Positions 51,497 through 64,000 of a stretch of DNA of 64,000 nt are shown in pieces. The position numbers and the translations under genes were made by a program. The notes beneath the pieces are model-generated. The model was not told where the DNA came from and did not search any database. It worked only from the letters and a program-made list of their open reading frames with translations. Within the stretch, counting starts at the first letter, position 1, and every line of letters begins with the position of its first letter. The stretch is from Ylistrum balloti (lineage: Eukaryota): assembly GCF_031769215.1 (NCBI RefSeq), contig NW_026782269.1:1116001-1180000 (forward strand). Direction: 5' to 3'.

Positions 51497-53453
51497 CAGA
51501 GTCCCCGCTAACACATGAAGGCAATCTTTCTGTAGGATCTATCAAAAAATTATGAGAGTCATTTTCAGATTTCATAATCCTGCAGGCACAAATTGCACGA
51601 GTCTGACATAAAACATATAAAAATAAAAAGTATTACCGGTATCTTAAATACCTTGACTTTCTCTACAAGAATCATAGTATAGAATGTGCACATCCCAGGA
51701 AAAAGTTGAGCTTTGATGACTTCTTTCCTGGAGATGGAGTGCACATGTGTAACTCCAGTAAAATATCTACTGCATAAGCTTCATACATGTATTACTAAGC
51801 TAGAAGTCATGGGTTCAATCCATTACGAGAACACTTAAAAAATCAAATTATCTCCCTCAATCAGTAATATTCCTTATAACATTTCATGCTTCACAAATAA
51901 AGACAGAAGAATCCATATTTTAGCTTGCATTGTCTGAACATAGGTTTTACAGTGATTTTGTCTAGCATCATCAAATAAACTATTGATCTATATGGAAATG
52001 TCTATACCCAGATGATTAGATTTACCTAAAAATGTTACATTCCATTTAAAAAAAAGGGTAAATTTGTTTATTGTGAAATATCCATTATGTTTCATCAATG
52101 AATTTATGTACTTTTTCTAAGTACATATATATCAATATTCTTGTTACTGAATTTAACAAATTATCAATAAATCCATCTTGAATGCTAAATGCATGTCATA
52201 TTGCCTGTCAAATGAATGAAATGTCCATGAATGATTAGACCTTTTTCTTTACAGAAGCCCAAACATGCAATTTGAAATTTTTAAAATTTTCAATAATTTT
52301 TTATGACACATTTCTGCTCTTGAATTAACTAGCAAATTGTTAATATTGAAAGGATGAAATCAAAGCTTTATTTAAACATTTTATAATAAGTTTGTATATG
52401 AAAAAAAAAAAAAAAATACACAAACAAAAAATTATTATAGTTTTACCATGTAATTATACTTTTAAGATGTGTACTTTGAACCGTTATCTAAAATTCTTAT
52501 GTAAATGTCATTTTACTTTTAACATGACTCTAGATTCTCTGTGACTCAAAAACATCACTACGACATGGAAGGGTAGACACTGGACCCAAACATGTGTCAA
52601 AGAATTTCAGTAAGGAAGTCAGTATTTAACAGAAAATACTGATATTTACAAATAGTTTACTGAACACATTTCATTAAAGGCACATATTTCAATAAGTTAC
52701 ACAAGTACACTTCTTTGGGCAAATTTTGATCACAAGCACATAGATCACTGATTTAAAAGGAAATAATATTTTTTTTAAATATCAAACTTTTGGCTTTCTA
52801 TGTCAAAACTAAAAGGTCAGTTCTTCTTAAGTAAGAAAACATGTCTTCAAAACAGAAGTTCGTCCCAAAATTGAATATCTCTCATTACTCAACAGCTATC
52901 GTATTCACTGTAATATACAGTTTACTTCATCGTACTCGCTACAGAAGCAAACGTCTATTTCGATAGTAAGTATTTGAGTTAATAATAAGTAATTGCATAA
53001 AAAATTGTCTCTTACACTTAGAGAATAAAATTCATTGTATGGCAAGCCAGACTGAAAAAATAAATAGGCAATGATATCAATATAGAAAGGAAAGGACATG
53101 CGGTTCAATTACATGAGACAACAGTTCAAGTCAATGTAATAACCAAATATTAGATTTGGGTCCGAAACTGATGTACGTGAATTTGAAAAAAAATGTGAGT
53201 GGATCAATTTGGTGGTGCGAAGAGATGTGCCGCAGGCTGTGTAAGTTCAATTAAGAAATGACAATAAGAAATGTAGAATGCAACCATTAAATTGTTAATA
53301 CTTACAGTAATTAGTTGTAGGTCGGTGCAGCAGTAAGTCTGCCACAAGTAGAAAGCATGTACCCGAAAATTCTGTCCTTGTGACTTAAGCGCTTGAATCA
53401 TATGTGTGAAACCATCGAAGAAAGTAAGGGCCTAAGTGACGATGATATTAAAG

Positions 53454-53755
53454 CATTTGTTTGAGTATGATCAACGAGTTGGCAATCACAATATGTGTTG
53501 TTCTGTGTTTTCTGCGCTGGTCTACCATCATTAACGTGAAATGATATGTTTCGAATGCAATGTCGTTTAGGTAAGGGACTTAAATAAGATATTTTTTAAC
53601 AGATTGAGATCATCTTTGGACTTGCGAGGATGCATTAAGCATTTAATCATTTGTTTGAGTATGGTCAACGAGTCGGTAATCGCAATGTGTTCTGTGTTTT
53701 CTGCGCTGGTCTACCATCATTAACGAGAAACCTCCTTGGATTTGCGAGGATGCAC
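53454..53755. repeat. Imperfect local duplication in the ATPAF1/EGF-gene intergenic region
   Basis: catttgtttgagtatg.tcaacgagt.gg.aatc.caat...gttctgtgttttctgcgctggtctaccatcattaacg occurs at ~53454 and ~53649; ttgga.ttgcgaggatgca occurs at ~53615 and ~53736. Confidence 0.85.
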
Positions 53756-54870
53756 TGTTGTCAAATGCATGCCTTCGAACAGGTTGGGCACAACCCCTCA
53801 TGTAGTATTTAGTCCTGCATTTCAGGGGATTACTGTATAAATAATCAGTTGGCTAATCAAATAGAAACACAAATTTGCAACACAAAAGGATGTCATCTTT
53901 TCAACATTACACAATAGCAAATGTGACAACGTATATACAGTAATTGCATAAAAATATTTATTTCTGTTATCTAACTTTGTGTTAAAATTACAGTCTTTAT
54001 CCCTGACTTTGTTTTTTTATTGACTACAGTGTGTAGCCAGTGGCAGCGTTTAGTTCAAATGTTATGCATGCATATATATGTATATACATTGTGTAGGTGA
54101 GCAAGAGTTTACATTTGTGCAATTTTTAGTCACACTACAGGCAGTTGATAAACAATGGAGGTGATAATTTTTTGTGATTTTTAATAAAAACGAGACAATT
54201 AACTTTTTTTTTTGGTAAAAACGTACAATGATGACTTTGGTTATTTGGCCACTTGAAAAATATGAGGCCCTTTTTTGTTGCAAATGTTTGAAAGAACTGT
54301 ATGTGTTTCTATTTCAAATGACCCAGCATTTGAGTAACTTATGCCATTTTCTCCACTTATTTTTAATCAGCATAATATGACTTACAATGTACATTTACAT
54401 AAATGAGTCTGGGTTCAAAGGAGAAAAATCTCTTGTAACAAGATCTGAAGGATATGTTGGAGATTCAATGCATCCACATAAACCAAAGGATGTTCCTAGA
54501 CTGTGTTTCATACTTATTCTTGTTTGGAACATACTTAGAGAGTCTTGACTGCCTGTTGATGATTATTTCTTATTCCACAATGATAATTTTGCAATGAGTG
54601 TATTTGCAGACAGGGCTCATTTAATATGTATGATGATGTACAGTACTAATGATCAGTTCAGAAGTTACATATTCAAATAGGAGTATAAAATAAAATTGAT
54701 AGTACCGCATCTGATAGGTAAGTATGTTAAAACTAGTAGTTGTACTTGAAATGTACAAATTATGTACAAAATGTAAATCAATTAAGTTGATAGAAAAACA
54801 CAGAGAGTTTTGAGAGATTTTTTATATTTCAGACTTTAGTCCAGGCTAATGTAGAGGCCATGAAAGCAGG

Positions 54871-57800
54871 ATGAATTCCAGCAGTTGTTGGCTGGCTGAA
54901 GCACTCCTGTTCAGTTTGTATTTAATACAGACGTCTTACTCAACCTGTAAGTCTCACAATAGCTAATCACATTTTATTCTAAGTGGTTTACTTGCTTTCA
55001 GATTCATTCAGTATATTTCAAAATACAATACCTTTTCCATTACAGTACATGTATATAGTAAAATGAAATGTAATTATATCAAAATTTGAGCTGGTTTTTC
55101 CCATATACTTAATTTTGAAAAACCATGTTTATTAAGACACACATACTTCTGTTCGTAAATAACAGACATCTGTTATTGAGTTTATAGAGATACACATGGA
55201 TTATAGGTTAACACAAAATGGCTGTCAACTTAATCTTGCTTAGAAATTGTGATAAGAATGTATCATAATTTATTTATGAGATACACAAGTAAAGGTTCAA
55301 ATTGTCATGTAGATTAGCAAATGTTTGGGAACTCCTTCAACTTGGTATACACTGTATATCAGTACACTGTATTTTCAACCAGCTTTGCCACCAGTAGATG
55401 TCAATGTATGTAGCCCAAACCCTTGTGAGCATGGCGTGTGTACAGCTTTACGTGGATACCAGTTCTACTGTACTTGCATACCAGGTAATTAATATATATA
55501 AGAGCTCAGAGATTTTTTTACATTTTTTTTTCTCAATATATTGCAAAATCTATATATAAAAACAGCAAACACAATTCTTAAATTGTTATGTCTACTAATG
55601 ATAAGGAAAGGAAATTATTAACCTAAAATTTAAACATCTAAATCATAAATGCTGTCTATGCTGGCACATCATCTAAAGGCTATTGGTTCTTTGTTTAGCT
55701 AAAACATACCAAGATCATCTAAAATGATACTTTGTGCTTTTTTGCTTAGCACTCAGCACTGAATGTGATGGAAAACAAAAGTCATGCAGATGTGTTGGCT
55801 TTGTGACATTTGGGTTATATCACACTATGAAATGGCCTTTGCATTGGCATTATTGGTCCTTGAATGAATTATTGATTAGAGGACATAATACAGAACCAAT
55901 GGAACCATTATTGTCTATAGAATTTGTGTTATCATTGCTTTACAGACTGGGTGCATTTCTTTCGTCATGGATATCAACACACATTCATAAATAATCATTT
56001 CATGTTCATGGTTTATATCTTATCCTTTCTAAGATAATTGTTAACAAAGATAAAGTCTGAACTGAAATCTACTCATTTAATAAACTTTCAGTTATATATG
56101 CCAATTTGGATTTTCAGTCATGAGGATACCATACTCAGAATGATCAACTGTGATACAGTATATTGATATTTTTTCTTTCAATTTGAACAGGATATGGAGG
56201 CAGTCGATGTCACCTTCTTTTCCATGCATGTGCAACTCACCCCTGTCTGAACGGAGCCACATGTCAGGTCAGTCAGTGATACAATGTGATCTAAGATGTT
56301 ACTCAGTTGTCTTCAAAAAAGGGAAACAAAACAAATTTGTTGTCACAGGAATAGATCTAAAATTGATTTAAAATTTGTGATGTTCAATAGATTTATAGAC
56401 AGTTTAATTGGCTCTTTGTTGTTTGTTTTTTCCTATGTGTGCTGACTTGAGCTTATTTCCTTTTTTCTCTGACATGGAATGGTCATCCTGGAGTCATGTA
56501 CTCACGATATGGACATCAATGTGTGAATGTGCAATAATAATTTAGTTAGATGATTTATTTCTCATGAAAAGAACATTTTGTTTGTTTCAGGTAACTGCTG
56601 CAGGCTACACATGTAAATGTGCTGATGGATATGTTGGAAGGCAATGTGAACAAGAAATGGATGAGTGTGTCAGTCTTCCCTGTCAGCACGGAGGAATATG
56701 TACTGACAGACAGGGGTCATTTAGCTGTGAATGTCCAGTAGGGTATACAGGTATAAGTTGTAATTATTACTATTTGTAGTGGTATATAAGAGAACATTTA
56801 TATTTATCATATCTAGAAGGGTATGAAAGAATGAGGAAAAATATGCAGTCCTATACATATATATGAGAAACTTTATGTGATGTACATGTATGTATCGTAT
56901 TTGCATGAGAGATGTAGGTAGGATTGTTCTGCAAAAGGCACATTAATGTTGCAGATGCTGAATGTGACATATATTTCATGCTTCATATTGTTTATCACAA
57001 AGTCTTTTTGGTCAAAGCACTGGTATTAGATAATAAACTATACATAATAAATACCTTTTAAAGTCTTCTTCATATAAAACAAAATAACTTTGAAATATGG
57101 GAAAGTTTTTTAATCATTATTGATGTCCGTGTATAACATTTAGTCTTTAGTCCTAACATTATCATTATGTAATATGTTGATGTGCTCTGTCTACAACAAA
57201 CAGGAGAGATGTGTGAGACAGACATAGATGACTGTGAGTTAGAGCCGTGCCTGTTTGGAGGTACCTGTCAGGACCAGGTGAATGGCTTCAGTTGTGTCTG
57301 TCCCCCAGATAGAGCTGGAGCTACATGTGAAAGGAAACAGCTGTGTTTAGGTAAGACTAGGTACATGTAAGATGAAGTGTTACATATGTACATGTCAAAG
57401 TAGTTTTTGTTGTCATGTATTTTGGACTACTCATTATTATGGTTGCAGTATTAATTCCTTTCTAAGAAATTTATTTGAAAATATCAAGTGAGTATTAATA
57501 TCTGGATACCAACTTGATGTGCATTAATTTCTTACTGACACTCCTTTTTACCTGAACCTTCTGACTGTAAAGTAGTGAAAGGTGTTCCTTTTGAACTGTA
57601 AATATTGTGTCATGATAAAAACCCCATGTGTGTTTCATTGATTGTAACACGAAATTGTGATGTGTTACCCCAGGGTTCAGACATTTAATACTTTGAAACA
57701 AACATGATGAATTGAGAATATAAAGGTCAACATATTGATGCCTACTAGTCGTTTTTAAAAGTATGTAAGGTTTGTCCTCTGTAGTTCTGTCTGTCATTTG

Positions 57801-60800
57801 TCCTTATCAGTCTTTATGTGTATTGTAGTTGACCCTTGTATGAACCATGGAGTGTGTATTCCCATTGGTCAGTCCCAGCGATGCCACTGTCTGGCAGGGT
57901 TTACAGGTACCCTGTGTCAGACTAATATTGATGAATGCTCTCTAGCCCCATCGCTGTGTAATGGCCATGGTAAGTATATTACATTAAAAGAGGATATTAT
58001 GGAAAGGCTCAATTTAAAATACTATCCTACTGAATATCATCGTATGATAAAACCACAAGAATGAGTCTTAAATTTTAAATTGTGGATATTTGAAAGATCT
58101 TGACGATAATCTCTGAAAGCCTCTTTTTTGTGAATTATATTATGATTTGATATTACTTTAAATGTATATACATCCTACTTCATTTGTGTTGGATATTCTA
58201 GTTATAATATCCTTGAATCACTCCATGTACAAAGGTCAGCTGATATATCGAAACATTGTTGTCTGGTATCCTTTTATAATGTGTGTACGTTAAAGCTTTA
58301 TATTAAATGCATGGTTTCTCTTTGCTCATCTGGTTTGTAAATTTTTAAACATTACATTGGGTCATTGATGGTTTCTGTATATTAAGGTATTGTTAGCTCA
58401 CATTTTATTGTATTTATCAAAGAATTATTAATAAGGCTTCCACATGTTATTATGGTTGATTGTTTGGTCATTAATTTTTGCAATCTTGTTTGAATTTTTT
58501 GAAAGGTACATGTGTTGATGGGATAGATGGCTTCAGTTGTACTTGTTCAGACCACTTTACTGGTCCTACTTGTGAGTCCGAAGTCAATCCATGTGATTCA
58601 TTTCCCTGCCTAAATGGAGGACAATGTTGCCATAGAAACAAGTTATTCTGTCCTTCTGGCTTGGGTTTAGGGGAGTACCAGTGTTATTGTGATTCCTCTG
58701 CTGGCTACAGTGGTAAGTGAAATTAATCTCATTTTTTTTTATCTTCTGTAACCAGTCATTTATAAAAAAAAGATGGTATGTTTTTCTAGAATAGTTTTCA
58801 ATGTTTGTATCAATTGTTTATTATACTGATATGCTGTTTTCAGATTCTTCAAATGTCCAGAAACAGTAAACTTTCAGACTCTGATGTTACGTAGCTAATA
58901 TCTTTAATTCATATTTAAATCAGAGGTGTTACTGTTATACTCTGTTGTATTTGAGTGTTAAACAGTTTATACATGAGATTTACTTTACTTTGCAGGAAAT
59001 CACTGTGAGTTTTCCAATCCCTGTCATAGCCAGCCATGCCAGAATGGGGGTTTGTGTACTATGTCAGGTGAACACCACATCCAATGCACATGCCCACTGA
59101 CTTTTACTGGTGAGCATTGTGATATACCTCTGCCATGTGCTAGTCAGCCGTGTGTTAATGGCGCCCGCTGTGTGGGGACAGGGACAACCTATACGTGTGA
59201 CTGTGGCCCCGGTCACACTGGAACTTATTGTGAGTTCAGGATCCCTTGTCATTTTAATCCTTGTCACAATGGAACTTGTGTGGTCAGTGAAGGTCAAGAG
59301 ATGTGTGATTGCCCAGCTAAAACCATCGGTCAATTTTGTGAGTTTGAACATCCATGTGTAAGTCTGCCATGTAAAAATAACGGGATTTGTGAACTGATAT
59401 CAACTGAAGAATTCAGTTGTACATGCACGGCTGCTTTTACTGGGAGATTGTGTGAATCTAGACTTCCCTGCTCTATTATGCCGTGTGAAAATGGCGGTAC
59501 ATGCATTTCTAATGGATCAACGACAGAATATGAATGTAATTGTACTCAGGAATTTACTGGTAAAAATTGTCAAAACAAAAGACAATTCCCTTGTCAGCCT
59601 ACTCCTTGTTTAAATAATGCTACATGTATAGAAACATCAGACAGCTCGTTCCTATGTAATTGCCTGGAGGAATTTGCTGGAATAACTTGTGAAAATTTCT
59701 TGGAATGTTCCAAGCATCCTTGTCAAAATAATGCCACATGTTTGAATCTACCCAACAATACATATTCCTGTATTTGTCCTGAAAGCATAACAGGGCCAAA
59801 GTGTGAGACTGTGCTTCCTTGTGCAAGTCAGCCTTGCAAGAATGGTGCAACTTGTGTTAATTCAATTGACAATTCAGCATTCAACTGTAGCTGCTTTCCT
59901 GGATATACAGGACGTTTATGTGAGAGTTATGTCCCTTGTATAACTAAGCCATGTTTTAATGGTGGTACCTGTACTAACTCTGGGACATCATTTGATTGTA
60001 GCTGTATACCAACCTATGAAGGTTTACAGTGTGAGAAGTACACACCCTGTGGAGACAGTCCCTGTGAGAATTTTGGTGTGTGTAATGATATTAATGGTTC
60101 TTACAAATGTTCTTGTCCTATCAATTACACTGGTCATCACTGTGAGACTGCCATTTATCCTTGTATCAAAAACCCTTGTCAACATGGGGGCTTATGTGAG
60201 GAGTTAGGGGTGGGGCTGTATTCCTGTACATGTCAGTCAAGCTATGTTGGTCATGACTGTGAAAATTATGTGCCATGTGTCAGTGGCCCTTGTCAGAACG
60301 GGGGCACCTGCCTAAACAAAGCTGATACCTTCCAGTGCTGGTGTGTGGAAGGTTTTACTGGGGACAGCTGTGAGAGTCGTGTCCCATGTGAAGATAGCTT
60401 TTGTGTCCATGGAACTTGTGAAGAAGGAAAATGCATCTGTGATGCAGGGTACACAGGACAGTCATGTGACCTGGCTCAGAAAACATGCAGTCCTGACACC
60501 TGTATCCATGGCAGCTGTATATCAAAGAATGATCTGTACATCTGTGTTTGTAACCAGGGATATACAGGTATGCAACAGAAAAACATTACCTTGGGATATT
60601 CAGTTATCTAACTAACAGTGATTCTCATTGTCATTATTTAAATGCACAATTTATTTTTCTTGCCTAAAATTTTTCATAATTTTGTTTTTATTATGAACGT
60701 TTTCAAAAAGCTATACCAACAAGTTGTTAAGCAGTATATATGTAAAACAATTTTACTGTATCATTTGATTTCAGGCCCATTTTGTAGTCAAATCAAAGAT

Positions 60801-63274
60801 CCTTGTTATCCTAACCCTTGTAAGAATGGTGGATATTGCCAGGTAGCTGTTGGAATGACAATACACTGGTGTCAATGCTCATCAGGTTTCACAGGTCTCC
60901 AGTGTGAAACACGCATTCTACCTTGTTACTCTCAACCCTGTTACAATGGTGGTAGCTGTGTGGACATGGTAGACAACTATAAATGTATATGTACAACAGA
61001 CTTCATTGGTATGAACAATATTGTGATGATCTTTTAAATTTAAATAAAATTGATTTGTTTTGATTTCATAGAGAATTCAGTTTTCACTGTAAGAAGAAAA
61101 ATAATACTAATCAAATTGTTTGGTTTTGCCCTAAACTGCTTAGCTCAACAGAAAATTAACGGTGATGTGTTTTGACAGGCAGTCGATGTGAAGAGAAGAT
61201 AAGCCCATGTGACCACTCTCCTTGTCAGAATGGTGCTTATTGCAGTGAAACAGATGGAAATTTTCAGTGTATTTGTCCACCAGGATTCTCAGGTAGGTTT
61301 TACACCAATTGATACCTGGAGTTCCTAATTTCTTTGTTTTTGTATGGGAATAAAACATAAAGCAGTGTGTACATTTCAGTTTTTGTGAAAACATTAATAT
61401 GCCTACCCAAATGGCATATTTCATATTGATGAAAAAATGTTCTGTTTTATTTGATGAATGAAACATAAACTATATATTGGACAATAGTGAAATCACATGC
61501 CTAAAGCTCCTGATTTGTGGATTTCTAAAATATCTGAAACATGTTTTGTGTTAATTTGATAGAGAAAGTTCCACTTCGTCATTGTAATAGGTCATGATGC
61601 AATTTGATATTAATTTTTTTGTTAATTCTGAATCATTTGTTGCATTTTAAAACAGAGACAATAAGCAACAGAGAAAATGTAGGAATATAGAAATTACTGA
61701 AAACTTCTTTTATCTGTGTATAATTGTTATACTTGTAGGGATAAGATGTGAGCTTGGTGTAAATGATTGCCAGAGCCAACCCTGTCAAAACAATGGTATT
61801 TGTAGTATCTCAAGCAGTGGAGTTGTATGTAGCTGTTCACCGCCCTACTCAGGTATATAATTTGTTTGAGTAATGGCAGTAGTAATCAGACTTGTTGAAG
61901 AATTAAAGTCATGAAATGATGTTTCATCAGCTTTTTTTTCTACTTCGTTCTTTGGGGAGAATCTCCAGCTGATTTCTAATTCTCTGTTCCATGGCTTTCA
62001 CCATTGTTAGACATCTATGACATTTACCCAATCTTCTTAGGTCATCTGACCCAAAAGGTCAGGATGAACAGATGAACTCTTGCTATCATATATCATCCCT
62101 TGTCTTGTGTCGTGTGCTGTCTGTAAACTTTTCCTTTAAAACACTACTCCTGCTTAACACATGGGTGGGTTTCAACCAAATTTGATCTGAAACATCATTT
62201 GAGTTGGAGCCTCAAAAGGGTAGTTAGTCAATATTTTGCTTCAAAATGCTACTGTTCCTTAATGCTTGAATGAGTTTCATTCAAATTTTGTATGAGACAT
62301 CTGTAAAGGTAAGCAATTAATTCTTAAATTCAGACAGTTGATTCAACCCCCAAGTATCTAGGGACAGGGCTCCAAATGGAGAAGTGAGTCAATATTTTGC
62401 TTCAAAATGCTACTTCTTTTTAATGCCTGGGTAGATTTCAACCAAGTTTGAACTGAAACATTATTGCAGGTGGTTTATCATTTCTGAAATCCAAAAAGTT
62501 GATTTAACCCATAGGGTCCTGGGAGCAGGGCCCAAAATGGGAAAGTTAGTCAATAACTTTGCTGCAAAAGGCTACTCTTCCTTAATACTTGATTAGATTT
62601 AAACCGAATGTGGGTTTGTGCATCCATTTATGAATTGTCAGATTAACTTTAAGGGTCATGGCCCTTTTGTTTATTTTCTTTTCACTTTTCTTTTGGATAG
62701 GGGATGGTGGGGGGGAGGGGGGTTAGATGGGATTTTTTATCGAGGATTTCTTTATTCTTCCTTTTCATGCCTAGGAGGGGGATTTTTTAATTGCAATGAA
62801 CAATCACACATCCTTTAGGATTTCTTTATTCTTCCTTTTCATGCCTAGGACTAATCCTCTGCTTTGACTGACAGTCATTATAATCTGTATTCTAACACCT
62901 AATTTAATTGCAATGAACAATCACACATCCTTTATTGGCAATTGTATAGCATACACGAAGTTGCTGTTCAGATGCGATTGATGACTAATAAGAATTTCTC
63001 TAACTTTTAAAAAGTTGATATCTCTGCCAAAAAAAGCTCTCTCTGTATGATTTAAAACTAGAATGAATTCTCTCTTATCCTGTGTACTTCATTATGGTCC
63101 ATATTTCCAATCTAATCTCAGAATTTACTTGTTGTTCAGGTCTGTATTGTGAGACCCTGGTGACATCCTGTGACCCAAATCCGTGTCAGAATGGTGGTCA
63201 GTGTGCTGTGGATGAGTATGGTGTCTTTTGTACATGTCCAACTGGAGTGACCGGCTGGTTCTGTCAAATTAATG
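54871..63274 (+). CDS. Signal-peptide multi-EGF protein (Notch/Crumbs/Eyes-shut/fibropellin-like), 5' part, continues past the window. Exons 54871-54946, 55383-55484, 56191-56267, 56591-56750, 57204-57350, 57829-57969, 58506-58712, 58996-60567, 60775-61008, 61179-61292, 61739-61852, 63140-63274
   Basis: Signal peptide [24 protein letters not shown] followed by 26 six-Cys EGF modules, a few with Ca-binding D-x-D-E-C starts (EMDEC, DIDDC, NIDEC). All introns are GT-AG and phase-consistent. No C-terminal domains are in the window, so orthology cannot be assigned. Confidence 0.92.
62037..62660 (+). mobile_element. HINE-type element with a 161-bp internal tandem repeat
   Basis: Terminal ttaggtcatctgacccaaaaggtcaggatga stem-loop, then tgtctgtaaactttt, then gtcaata.tttgct.caaaa.gctac recurring at 62227, 62388 and 62549. 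Confidence 0.7.
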
Positions 63275-63673
63275 GTCAGTTTGCATGAAGTAAATGTTTA
63301 TAAGTTATACCATGTGACATACCATTGTGAGAGCAATAGATTTTGCTGTAAATGACAAGACATACATACTGCTTATTAATATATATAACATATTTTCCTG
63401 AATTCCCAATTTTATTTTTCTTAATTTTGTGAATATTACACAGGAAATCTCCTAGTGCTTAACATACAGGTCATGTTTTTTAACAGTTGATATATTTGTA
63501 AATTGCCAATATCTTGAAAATTACATTTTAAACTTCTCAAGGTGTGCTGGTGCAATTGTGCAGGAAATTGACAGGAAGCCATCAAAGTGTTGTTCTCAAA
63601 AGTTGAATATGGCAGCCATGGTGGCCATATTGGAAAACAATTGCAAAGTCATGGTTTCTCTGAGCAACACCTA

Positions 63674-64000
63674 TTTTTAGCCCACCATCTATTCAAACAG
63701 ATGGTGGGTTATTCAAATCGCCCTGCGTCCGTGGTCCGTGGTCTAGGCGTCCGTCCGTCCGTCCGTCCGTAAACAATTCTTGTTACCGCTATTTCTGGAA
63801 AAGTACTGGATGGATCTTTCTCAAATTTCATATGCAAGTTGTGCATTGTACCTTTTTTGAACTGACAGGTGGCCATCTTGGATTTTTGAAGTAAAAGTTT
63901 GTTACCGCTATTTCTGAGAAAGTACTAGATGGATCTTCCTCAAATTTCATATGCAGTTTCCCCTTGGTTCCTAGTTGTGCATTGTACGTTTTTTGGACTG
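63674..64000 (+). mobile_element. HINE-type (Helentron-associated) element, truncated by the window end
   Basis: tttttagcccaccatct...agatggtggg stem-loop (63681-63708), (GTCC)n microsatellite, then repeated units gttaccgctatttctg.gaaagtact.gatggatctt.ctcaaatttcatatgca. Confidence 0.8.

Noticed and set aside
51790-51830. B-box-like gggttcaatcc
   Set aside because: No matching A box or acceptor stem. At most a very decayed SINE fragment.
59064-60615. Overlapping ORFs in other frames and strands across the large EGF exon
   Set aside because: By-products of the codon pattern of Cys/Gly-rich repeats. They have no splice or start support.
54871-63274. Naming the EGF gene Notch, Crumbs or EYS
   Set aside because: The diagnostic domains (LNR/ankyrin, laminin G, transmembrane tail) lie outside the window, so EGF repeats alone cannot assign orthology.

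Overview
AT-rich, intron-containing animal DNA, not prokaryotic. The SINE and Helentron-type repeats point to a bivalve mollusc, plausibly a scallop (inference). Left to right: a decayed RNase H-bearing LINE (1-862) abutting a nearly intact Ty3/Gypsy LTR retrotransposon on the minus strand (863-5613; both LTRs, tRNA-Ser PBS, PPT, one frameshift at the start of the integrase core, no TSD). Next come two tandem paralogous two-coding-exon genes for ~125-aa four-helix membrane proteins resembling the bacterial/fungal DUF1761 family (6835-7561 and 15701-17014, minus). Between them lie two abutting minisatellites (28 bp and 42 bp), a possible decayed coding remnant and a tRNA-derived SINE. These are followed by a complete SLC17A9/VNUT-like gene (27021-42930, minus), a complete ATPAF1/ATP11 gene (46454-~51500, minus), and the 5' part of a secreted or membrane multi-EGF protein gene (54871 to beyond the window end, plus; 26 EGF modules so far). 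All exons were reconstructed by hand from GT-AG boundaries and phase continuity. The strongest new signal is a pair of tandem-duplicated 97-nt exons in SLC17A9, 49 nt apart, with 14 synonymous and 2 reciprocal Tyr/Phe differences. Only one of the two can be included in frame, which is the signature of mutually exclusive splicing.
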